NCBI RefSeq assembly: GCF_009914755.1
Contig: NC_060925.1
Length of the DNA stretch: 64,000 nt
Direction: 5' to 3' (one strand)
DNA from: the human T2T-CHM13v2.0 reference genome, Homo sapiens
Positions within the stretch are counted from its first letter, which is position 1. Every line of letters begins with the position of its first letter. Shown here piece by piece: positions 1 through 10,505 of the stretch. The translations under genes were made by a program, and so were the position numbers. Below the pieces are notes generated by a model that ran no database searches, was not told the origin of the DNA, and saw nothing but the letters and a program-made list of their open reading frames with translations.

Positions 1-830
1 TAGAAATATTTCTTTGTGAAAGTCCCTGGGCCTGCCTGCAGGTGCAGAAGGTGCTGGTTTCATTTTACTTTATCAAATCAACTGCAATATCTGAACATAA
101 ATCCCAGCTTCAGTTCCTTTCATGGCAGACCATAAGTACAGTTGTTCACACTTTGTGTTTGGGGATGGGGGTCACTTTTTCAGCAAATTCTCATTTCCCC
201 AGTCCTTGCCTTGGGCTAATAGTTAGTTACAAAGCTCAATCTCAATGTCAAACCTAATAAAAAGAAAGAGAAATCATAAAAGAGAAAGATGGCTGCAGTT
301 ACCACCCTGGGTCCCTCTCATTCAGGCTTCACAGATCTATCACCCAGTGAGAGAGGCAGGCTACTGCCTCCCCATCCCTGGCTACCATTGCCTCCCCAGT
401 ATCACCTGGGTACTATTAGTCAAAGAACACTTCTGGAAGAGCAATATAGCAATATAGAAAGACCTGGCTGCTGAGTAGCAAAAGAAATTGAACCATGCTT
501 CCACATTCCTCAGTCTATTCACAGCAGCATTTATGTCAATCATGAGTGTTAAAAGATGTGAACTTTTAATTTATAAAGCAGATGGTCTTTTTCTTCTTTG
601 CTGTGTGGACTGGGATACCTGGATTTAAAAGATGTTCAATGCAATAGGATTGGGAGAAGGATTATGAGAGCCTGTTAACATTTTAGGCAGACATTTAACT
701 TTCGAACCCAAACTCTACCATAGTGATGAGGCTGTTACTCAGGGAAAGAATCCCATGGAGATCATCTCTGAAACTTCAAGAAAATTAGCTATAGTGGTCT
801 CTGACAAGAAGACAACGGGGGCATAAAAGA

Positions 831-1430
831 TCCTCCCACTCTTCCTCCCTCCCTCCCTTGCTTCCTACCTTCCTTCCCTCCCTCCCTCCCTCCCTCCTTT
901 CCTTCCTACCTTCCTTCTTTCCCTCCCTTCCTTCCTTCCCTCCCTCCCTCCTTCCCTCCCTCCTTCCCTCCCTCCTTTCCTTCCTACCTTCCTTCTTTCC
1001 TTCCCTTCCTTCCTTCCCTCCCTCTCTCCTTCCCTCCCTCCTTTCCTTCCTTCCTTCTTTCCTTCCTACCTTCCTTCTTTCCCTCCCTCCCTCCCTTCCT
1101 ATCTACCTTCCCTCTCTCCTTCCCTCCCTCCCTTCCTTCCTACCTTCCTTCTTTTCCTCCCTCCTGCCCTACCTTCCCTCCCTCCTTCCCTCCGTTCTTT
1201 CCTTCCTACCTTCCTTCTTTCCCTCCCTACCTTCCTAGCTTCCTTCTTTCCCTCCCTCCCTCCCTTCCTTCATTCCCTCCCTTCCTTCCTTCATTCCCTC
1301 CCTCCCTCCCTTCCTTCCCTCCCTCCCCCTCCCTCCCTCCCCTCCTCCTTCTCTCCCTCCTTCCTTTCCTCCTTCCATCCTTCCCTCCCTCCCTTCCTTC
1401 CTCCCTTTCCTTCTTTCCTTCCCTTCTTCC
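831..1430. repeat. Polypyrimidine/polypurine low-complexity tract, (CCTT)n/(CCCT)n
   Basis: About 600 bp almost exclusively C/T on +, with the recurring block CCTTCCTACCTTCCTTCTTT. Explains the P/S/L-rich and G/R/E/K-rich ORFs 858-1238, 1235-1435 and 1291-1500. Confidence 0.97.
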
Positions 1431-1620
1431 AACACATATTTTCTGAATATCTTTTATTTACCAGGTACATAGTAGGTATTTGTTCTATAATAGTGAGCAA
1501 AGTAGACAGTCCTTGCCCTCATGGGGCTTCCATTTCAGTTGGGGACACACATTTAGGAATACACAAATAAATATAAAACCATTGTCATGGTTAGTGATAA
1601 GGAGAACATGGTTCTATACA
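1431..1620 (-). mobile_element. L2 LINE 3' fragment
   Basis: AACACATATTTTCTGAATAT...GACAGTCCTTGCCCTCATGGGGCTTCCATTTCAGTTGGGG resembles the antisense L2 3' end. Confidence 0.65.
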
Positions 1621-1729
1621 AGTACTTAATAAACCTGGACTTGCTCTCTGGCTCACATTTGTTCCCTAATCCAATCTATTTTGAAACTTTTTTTAGCTTA
1701 TTTCTGGAGATCATGCCTTTCTAAGATGT

Positions 1730-1857
1730 AATTGGGAAGGTAAGGATGATCTGAAAAATGTAATAATCAGAAATAAAGAATAGATACGAATTGAATTGGG
1801 AAGGTAACGATGATCTGAAAAATGTAATAATCAGAAATAAAGAATAGATACGAATTG
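1730..1857. repeat. 64-bp tandem duplication (2 copies)
   Basis: 1730-1793 and 1794-1857 (AATTGGGAAGGTAA[G/C]GATGATCTG...GATACGAATTG) differ at one base. Confidence 0.95.
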
Positions 1858-2249
1858 TAGAGATTAAAAATAATCCTAAATTGTGACAAAATAAGGGTTT
1901 AGCAAACCTGATTTATTTTGCTAGTCTCAACTCTTCTTTATTTCTGGTTAAGTAGACACAACCCTAAAAGGTTGTTAGTGACTTTAGGAAGTATAATAAT
2001 CATTCTTTAATATTCAAGTTCAGAGAGGAAGGCTAGAAGAAAAGATTTTCTAATATGACAGCTATGGTGAACACTACCCTCTTTATGTTGCGTCCTTACA
2101 TGAATACACTTCACCTGGTGATGATTAGGTTGGTCCCCTATAGGCTCAATGTGGACAGGTGGAGACCCCACTGGACCTGCTGACATGTGACTCAGTCCCA
2201 GGCTAATCTCCTGGACATTGGTAAGCAACCCCTTTGCAAGAAATTCTTA

Positions 2250-2412
2250 AGTTATTCAACAAATTAGTATGAGCATCTCCTATGTGCCAAGCAAAGTTCT
2301 AGAATTTGGGGACACAGCAGTGAAAAAAAAAAGACAAAAACCCTTGCCTTCATATAACTTATATTCTAGTTAGACCATAAACAAGAGAAGTGAAACATAT
2401 ATAATATTTTAA
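2250..2412 (-). mobile_element. L2 3' fragment (appears to resume at about 3895-4020)
   Basis: TTATTCAACAAATTAGTATGAGCATCTCCTATGTGCCAAGC...GGGGACACAGCAGTGAA...CCCTTGCCTTCAT matches the typical antisense L2 3' end. Confidence 0.75.
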
Positions 2413-2520
2413 ATGTTATATACCGAGAAATAGCACTCCATAAATATTTTCATGTTTCTGTATGGTCAGGGCTTTCTGAGCAAAAGTTAGTGGCAACCGG
2501 GTTAAAGGATGATGGAATTA

Positions 2521-2878
<358 letters not shown>

Positions 2879-3128
2879 TTACATTGTATGGACAACAAAA
2901 CCAACCGTGAGCCATTTGCTTATACTCCAGGGTAATAAATACCTAGAGATCATCCCTTCTGCTCTCCAGAGAAGACTTTTTTACACTCCAGAGCAAACAT
3001 TACTGTTTCTCCAGAGACAAATGTGCCCACCATCTTATATTAGCTCCTATTTTCATGATCTCTGTATACATGAGGAGATGACAGGTTCTCATCATGTCAC
3101 CCCATGGGGAACAAGAACAGTATCTGTA

Positions 3129-3708
3129 TGTATATTGGGCTGAATGGTGGTCCCTAAAAAATAATATTTTATTCCTATGACCTATGATTATTGTCTTATA
3201 TGGCAAAAAAGTGAATCCGACCTTATATGAAAAAAAAGATGTGATTAATCACAGGCCAGATAATTAATCACACCACTCCAGAGCAAACCACATTCCTCAA
3301 ATATGTATGAATGATGCTCTCTGCCATTGGACAATAAACAAGCATCTTGAGAGCAGGTGTTTAATCCTTGACTTTCTGAATGAGCCAGAAATGCAATCAC
3401 ATGTATCCTTAGAAGAGAGAGGCAAGTAGAGTTTAGAGACGGACACACAGAGGAGAAGAGGAGGAGGGACAATGTGGCCACAGAAGCTGAGATTGGAGTG
3501 GGGCAGCCATGAGATAAGGAACACTTGGAGCCACCAGAAGCTGAAAGAAGCAATGAACAGAATCTCCCTACAGCCCTCCAGGGAGTGTGGTCCTGCCAAT
3601 ACTTTGATTTTGGACTAATTTCTTTTAAAACTGAGAGAATAAAATTCTGTTGTGTTGTGCTAACAAGTTTATGGCAAATTGCTACAGCAGCCACAAGCAA
3701 CAAATATA
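3129..3708 (+). mobile_element. MaLR LTR, MLT1 (C/D/E-like)
   Basis: Starts TGTATATTGGGCTGAATGGTGGTCCC; contains CAGCCACCAGAAGCTG-like motif, CAGCCCTCCAGGGAGTGTGGTCCTGCCAATACTTTGATTTTGGAC and AATAAAATTCTGTTG..GGCAAATTGCTACAGCAGCC, all MLT1 motifs. Confidence 0.85.
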
Positions 3709-3894
3709 GTGGGTGATTGAAAGTCTGTCTCTAAGCCAGAGTTTCAGTATTCTGTTAGTGTGTGTGTGTTTATAAAATTGTATGTATATTGCACACACAC
3801 ACAGTTATGTGCTACTATAGGTGTTATATATAGGTTCTATGTAACTGTGCATATGGTAACATCTCAAATCCTTCACACTTTTGGAATTAATATT

Positions 3895-4020
3895 AGTAAG
3901 CTATGGAGAAAAATAAAGTAAGAAAGGAGACTAGCTTTTTGAGGGTTACAATTTTAAAGCAGGGTGGTCATGGAAGCCCTTCTTGAAAAGATGGCATAGA
4001 GACCTGAAGAGTTTGAGTAG
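3895..4020 (-). mobile_element. L2 fragment
   Basis: GCTATGGAGAAAAATAAAG...AGGGTGGTCATGGAAGCCCTTCTTGAAAAGATGGCAT...GACCTGAAG is L2-like. Confidence 0.6.
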
Positions 4021-5139
4021 ACTTCCTATAAGTGACATCATGCCAGGTTGCTCTGATGCCAGAACATTTTAGTCCCAATCTGAGTACGCTTTGTCCTCAA
4101 ACTCTCGGTCCTACAAGCAAATCCTTTTTTCTAAATCTTTCAGCAGTGGAGAAAGTACATGCATATCTTTTAGCTGTCAGCACAAGATAAGTTGTCACTA
4201 AAGGTCGGTAATAACTATTTGCTTAAGACATCGCATTTTCAGCATCCAGAGTTGCCTGTATAATTGCAGCTACTCCTAAGGGGTAGCAAATTAAATATTA
4301 TCAGTCATTGAATAAAATAATTGGTAAAACTTCTTTCTACAGGTCAGAAAATTCATTTCTGGATTGTAGTAGAATATAAATTGTAGTTTATAAGTTTTGA
4401 TATTGGGAGAGAGAAACAAGATGTGCTTGAAGCCAGGAGACAGCTCAGCAGACTCAGCACATGGATGGGGCAGAAAAATGGCACTGAAATGAATGGGGAA
4501 TGATTCCTTAGTAGAAAGAAAAGTCATCGAAAGAGGATGATGTCAAAAGAGAAAACTGTTGATTACACAGCTTTGATTTGAGCGAGTTCTTAGTTGTCAT
4601 AATTAACACTACGATTTTAAAAAGTAGCTCTTGGCATAATCTTAAGGGCAGTTTTCCTGGAGGGGGGGTGGTGTCTGTTGAATGGATGACTTACAGACTT
4701 GCTTTAGATTTTTAGCCATATTAGTAACAATTGCTAGTGTTGCTAGTAGGATTATTAGTAGGATTGCCATCTTTATATGCTTAGGACCATGGATTGGAGA
4801 CTTAGGAGAACAACTGTGATTCTGTGGTAGACTTTGGGAGATAATCATATTCAGTATACACAAATGCTAGTGACTTATTGAGAAGGAACTTTACAGAGTT
4901 CTAGGACCAGATCATTTGAATAATTACACTTGCATATGGGTTTTCCCTGTCCCTACATCTATAATCTGGTCAGATAATCAAGTGTTCTTCATTTATTTGT
5001 AATAAAATGCTATTATCTACTACATTGAGTTCAGTTAAGAAGTGGGAAAGATATAGCTGACGTATAGGCACATGGACAGAAGGGTTCCTTTCTTGTTATC
5101 CATCACCTTTACAAGAAAAGGACTCCATTTATTAACTCA

Positions 5140-5320
5140 CTTATTTATCACAAAAGCCTTCTGAGCTGGGTATCTTTCTAACTAAATCATCCCCATTTTA
5201 TAGATGTGAAAACTGAGACATGGGAAGGTTAAATCATTTGCCCAAGACCATACAACCAGTTAGTAGTGGAGCCAGGATTTGGATGTGAATTGACACTGTT
5301 AACCACAGCATTATTCTACC
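5140..5320 (-). mobile_element. MIR SINE
   Basis: MIR core CCCCATTTTATAGATGTGAAAACTGAGACATGGGAAGGTTAAATCATTTGCCCAAGACCATACAACCAGTTAGT. Confidence 0.88.
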
Positions 5321-6094
5321 ACTCTAGTAGGTACACAATATAAATATGTGTTCAATGCATTAAAGAGTTCTTGTGCTGAGTTTTTTGGTTTCTTTTAGAT
5401 CTGTCTCTTATTCAACAATCTTATTAAAGTTGATTATATAGGAATGGACATTATGCATTATGATAAAAATGAACTATTAGGCATTTCAAAATTAAAGTTT
5501 AGTGTAGTCCTGCTGTATTTATGTACAATGAAGATGGCATTACGTAATGTATGGGGTTCTTGTGAGAATACACAACATTACAATGTTTAACCAAGTGTCT
5601 GACATAATGGATGTTCAGTAAGTGTTTCTTTTACCTCTCTTTTCATAAAGAAGATCCAGGAGACTATAAAATACACTTAAAAGAGCAATATATGAAGAAG
5701 AAATCAGTACATTTTATTAATACTTTCTCATAAATGATATTCATTTTATCTTCACCTCTGCTAAATACTAAAGAATATGGGTTTGCACTTAATCAACAAC
5801 CTAAGATATGTGTACTCCATGCCCTTATCAGAGAGTTTAACTTTGAATTCTCTGACACACAGCTCTTAGTAAAAAGCTCAAAAGGCAATTGTATAGAATA
5901 ACATTTAAGGGAATTACCTGTAAAAAATTCATTAAATATTCCAAATAAAGTTATCCCATATATTTAGCCAGATTAGAAACCTTCATTCTTCAGCTATCTC
6001 GGATGTATCCTTATAAAATTAAAATATGCTTAGATGTTTTACTTCAGCCTATATTTTGGGATATTACAAATAACACAATGAAGATAATTATTGT

Positions 6095-6815
6095 TTTTTA
6101 CAAGCTAACTTTGTTGGTATATAATTTACATATAATAAAATGTACTCATTCTAACTATACAGTTTGAGGAGTTTTGACAAATATATAAACTTTTGTAACT
6201 ACCAATGTAGTCAAAATATAAAACATTTACATTGCCCCCAAATGTCCCTTTGCAGTCATTTTCTTCTGTCCTGAGTCCTGGTCTTCTTTCCGATAATATG
6301 GGTGAGTTTTACCTTTTTTGTAATATCATATAAATGGAATCATACACTATGCATTTTTTTGGTGTCTGGCTAGTTTTTTTATGTAGCACATATTTTTTAG
6401 ATTCATTAATATTATTACATGTACCAATAGTTGATCCTTTTCATTGTTGAGTAGTATTCTATTGTATGGATAGGTCACAATTAGTTTATCGATTCACTAA
6501 TTGATGGAGGATTGGGTTGTTCATAGCTTTTGACAATTATAAATGACACTGATTAGAACATTTGCATAGGAATCTTTGTGTGGCTATATATTCCCAATTT
6601 TGAGGGTAGGTACTTAGAAGGGAAATTGCTGAATTACACGGTAAGTGCATGTTTAACTTTACATGAAACTGCTGAACTCTTTTTCTGAAGTGGATGCATC
6701 ATTTTACATTCTCATCAGCAGTTTGTGAGAGTTCCAGTTGCTCCACATGTTTAGGGATACTTGGGAGTGTCAGTCTTTTAAATTTTAGCCATTCTAGTAG
6801 GTCCATAATTGTACT
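6095..6815 (-). mobile_element. Old L1 (L1MB/ME-like) 3' end
   Basis: Antisense L1 3' motifs: TATAATTTACATATAATAAAATGTACTCATT, AAATGGAATCATAC, GAGTAGTATTCTATTGTATGG, AGTTCCAGTTGCTCCACAT. Confidence 0.85.
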
Positions 6816-7709
6816 TTTTGTAAGGTTATTGAAGCCATTGTCTACTATATCACATAGTGCCTCCTTTATGAAGAGCCATAAAAGAAAATTTTCTGTTTCC
6901 TTTCTAAAAATAGATATGTTCTTGAGCAAATGGTTCAATTTTTTAAAATGGACATTGAATCATGTAATCATTTGTTGCTGTTGACAACTTGAGCCAAATT
7001 GCAACCCATCATTTGGAAATGTAGTGAATCTTACACAGCTATTTTGTGTATGCAACATAGCTTAATATTATCCTTTCCTTAACCTCAAACTTCTATTGAT
7101 GTTATCTTGTTGTGTCTTACACATTTTTTTCACCAAATGTTCTCAATTTAAAAATCCTTTTGTATACTATGAATTCTTACAATTTACCTCAAGCTAATTT
7201 TTATGAAATCTTATATGATTTACAAAATCTGAAAGTATATCATAATTTTCAAAGTACAGCAATTCAATTTAGCAAACACTTACTAGATTCATTCTAAGTG
7301 CCAGCTCCACAAACTAATAACAAGGACTTTGAAAGAGTTAAGGAACTTTGTCAGATAATATGTAACAAAATATTGGGTTGAATGTAGGTAGAGCTTGAGA
7401 TGTATTTTGAAGGAACAAATAGTTTCATAAGTGAGGAGAATTTCAGATGGCAAAGAAGAGTCAATAATCTTCTTATTGCAAGCCCCTTTTAGAGAATTCA
7501 GACATTCTTTTCTCCAAATCATTTTCTAGGATTTCATTTTGGTTTGGGTTTTCATTTCCACTTGAGAAAAGCATATTTCCCTTCCACACTGTGCAGATAT
7601 ATAATACGGGGAACTGAGAAATAAACATGAAACATGTAAGAACTTAAAATAAAAACTTAAGCCCAAATTAGGTTACAACTCTTAATGGTAATGGCACTTG
7701 CTTACAGTA

Positions 7710-8140
7710 GATTCAGTTTAATTTAGCTGATATCTATTAAATGTCTGCTACATATCAGGCACCCTAGTGGACACTGAGGGACCAAAGATGAATGGTCAAT
7801 GGTGCTTAGCCTGTAACTTTAAAGAGTTTACTTTGTAGAAGGCAGAAAGAGATAGGTAGATTAGCAAATGAAATGTAATGTTACCAAAACTGTGATACAA
7901 GTCTGTTTAGGGAAGGGTAGACTTATAAAGAGGGGTGGGTAAGTTCTACCATATTATCACAGTATATTAAAATGTTTTCGTAATTAATACATCAATATGA
8001 TTAATTTAAATACATACTATGTATTTGGCACTGAATCTTGTCGTGTGGAAAGTATGGTAAAAGTATAGACATAATTTTTGCACTGAAGGTGTTTAGAATC
8101 TTGTTAGAAAGATGAATACTATAGACACATGAAAAAACAG
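7710..8140 (-). mobile_element. L2 3' fragments (two)
   Basis: TATTAAATGTCTGCTACATATCAGGCACCCTAGTGGACACTGAGGGACCAAAGATGAA and ATACTATGTATTTGGCACTG are L2 3'-like. Confidence 0.55.
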
Positions 8141-8209
8141 CAAACTGCATCCTTAAAACTACTTATCACCATATGCAATGAATAGACTGCTTGAGTTCTG
8201 ACTCAATAA

Positions 8210-9640
8210 AACAACTATAAACATAGATTTATAAGAAACAGAAGAGTCTATATAGAATGCTATATTTTATGTTAGAAAAGGGGGCAAATAGGAACACTTA
8301 TCTGTATTTGTTTATTTCAAAAGGAACAACTACATGTTAAACCAGACATCAATAAAACTGGTTATCTACAAATGTAGAGAGAGAAAGTGGGAAGCTAGAG
8401 CTCTCTGTACTTTGTTTTATAGCTTTGAATGTGGAGCCATTTAATATTTTACAGAGTTAAAATCAAATCAAATCAAATCAAAACCAAATAATATTTCTCA
8501 AATAAAAAATGAATGGAAACAAACGAACCTAACTGTGAGAGGTGAAGCCAGCTGGACTTCCTGGGTCCAGTGGGAGCTTGGAGAACTTTTCTGTCTAGCT
8601 AAAGGATTGTAAACGCACCAATCAGCACTCTGTAAAAATGCACCAATCAACGCTCTGTGTCTAGCTAAAGAATTGTAAACGCACCAATCAGCACTCTGTG
8701 TCTAGCTAAAGGACTGTAAATGCACCAATCAGCACTCCGTAAAATGGACCAATCAGCGCTCTGTAAAATGGACCAATCAGCAGGACGTGGGCAGGGCCAA
8801 ATAAGGGAATAAAAGCTGGCCACCCCAGCTAGCAGTGGCAACTGGCTGGGGTCCCCCTGCAGGCTGTGGAAGCTTTGTTCTTTCGCTCTTCACAATAAAT
8901 CTTGCTGCTGCTTACTCTTTGTGTTTGCCCTACCTTTATGAGCTGTAACACTCACCACGAGGGTCTGCGTCTGCAGCTTCATTCCTGAAGTCAGTGAGAC
9001 CATGAACCCACTGGGAGGAACAAACAACTCTGGACATGCCACCTTTATGAGCTGTAACACTCACTGCCAGAGTCTGCATCTGCAGCTTCACTCCTGAAGT
9101 CAGCGAGACCACGAACCCACTGGAAGGAAGAAACTCCAGACACACATGCAATCTGAAGGAACAAACTCTGGAAACATCATCTTTAAGAGCTGTAACACTC
9201 ACCGCGAGGGTCCGCGGCTTCATTCTTGAAGTCAGCAAGACCAAGAACCCACAAGAAGGAATAAATTCCAGACACAACTGTATCTCAAGTTGACATAATA
9301 GCTACACAGGGAAAAATTATCTCAATTTATTTTAAAATATAGTATTTTGACTGTATAAACCTAAACCCAAGAAAACAAGAAAAATCTAGATTGTAATCAG
9401 AGGTCCTGTAATCATTAATGTTGATATTATTATTTTAGAACAATGCCATTATCAAAAATGACATTATAGAAAAAAGACTTTGTCTGTTACATATAAAAAA
9501 ATAGATAAAATGTGACTAAATGTTAACAGTTGTAAAATCCTGATAATGGTTGATAATGGGTATATGGAAGTTCAATATATTGTGCTTTCTATTTTTCTGT
9601 ATGTTTTAAATTTGCCATAATAAAAGTCTAAAAATAAGCA
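8210..9640 (+). mobile_element. Old L1 (L1MC/ME-like) 3' UTR, interrupted by the LTR12
   Basis: AATGGAAACAAACGAACCTAACTG upstream continues as TATCTCAAGTTGACAT downstream of the LTR. Ends with ATGGGTATATGGAAGTTCAATATATTG..TTGCCATAATAAAAG. Confidence 0.6.
8536..9276 (+). mobile_element. Solo LTR12 (LTR12F-like) of ERV9
   Basis: Begins TGAGAGGTGAAGCCAGCTGGACTT; repeated CTAGCTAAAGG.TTGTAAA..CACCAATCAGCACTCTG units; AGCTGTAACACTCAC U5 repeats; ends TCCAGACACA. 4-bp TSD ACTG at 8532-8535 and 9277-9280. Confidence 0.96.
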
Positions 9641-10242
9641 AAAATGGTGTTAAATATCTATATATCTATATGTAACAACTATAGACTAACATAACAATGG
9701 CATTATTGGGGGCCTTTAAACTGGTAAAGGTTAATTCAAAATAATACTCAATGCTGGTGAGTATGTTGCAAGATGGCACTCTCATATTGCTAGTAAAAAT
9801 GTAAATTTAATTTTAAACAAGCAAAAGTTTCTGGAAAGCAGTTGAGAAAAATAAGCCCTAAAAAATGTTCATTCTCTCCCTCTGTGTGAACTTGTATTAG
9901 TACATTCTTTCATTCAGTATTCATTTTGCTGGCTCCATATGGTCACATGTAGGATAAGCATAGCAGATTATCAAAACAGAGTTCGTTAATGTAAAATCTG
10001 CAAGGTGTCACATACAGCAGGCTCAAATATACTTTTCCTCTGTATATATAGGTTTAACAAAATAATCCATGGTCTAAGTAAGATTACAATGTTTATTTAG
10101 TTTCAAAGGCAAATAAGCCTAAACAAGCAATTTCCATTTCAAAAGTTAAAATGTTAATATCAAATACACTTAGAATTTGATACTGGATACTGGAGTTTCA
10201 TTCATTCTTCTTTCTTCGTTAGAATAAGTATATTTGAAAATT

Positions 10243-10505
10243 CCACATGTTCTCACTTATAAGAGGGAGCTAAATAACGTGTACACATAGACATGGAGTG
10301 TGGAATCATAGACATTGAAGATTCTCAGAGGGTGGAGGGGGGAGGGGGGTTGTTTGATGAGAAATTACTTAATAAGTACAATGTGCATGACGTGGGTGAT
10401 GGATACACTAAAAGCCCAGACTTTGCCACTATACAGACATGTAACAAAATTGTACTTGTACCCCATATATTTATACAAATTTTTAACATATATTTTAAAA
10501 TAAAT
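10243..10505 (+). mobile_element. L1 3' end (L1PB/L1MA-like)
   Basis: CCACATGTTCTCACTTATAAGAGGGAGCTAAA...GAGAAATTACTTAATAAGTACAATGTGC...GGTGATGGATACACTAAAAGCCCAGACTT. Confidence 0.9.

Noticed and set aside
289-474. 61-aa ORF with a good Kozak context (AAGATGG; MAAVTTLGP...)
   Set aside because: No recognisable homology, no visible promoter or CpG island, and a length expected by chance.
858-1500. Pro/Ser/Leu-rich and Gly/Arg/Glu-rich ORFs
   Set aside because: Translations of the (CCTT/CCCT)n tract, which lacks stop codons by composition.
1730-1857. Direct repeats as a possible CRISPR-like array (also 39055-39150 and 54929-54993)
   Set aside because: Copies are head-to-tail with no unique spacers, only 2-3 units, no cas genes, and the DNA is primate.
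4642-4863. Minus-strand ORF with hydrophobic MAILLIILLATLAIVT and CTA-rich, mitochondrion-like codons (possible NUMT or signal peptide)
   Set aside because: I cannot match it to any mitochondrial gene, and the pattern comes from short local repeats (TAGTAGGATT twice). BLASTN against mtDNA would settle it.
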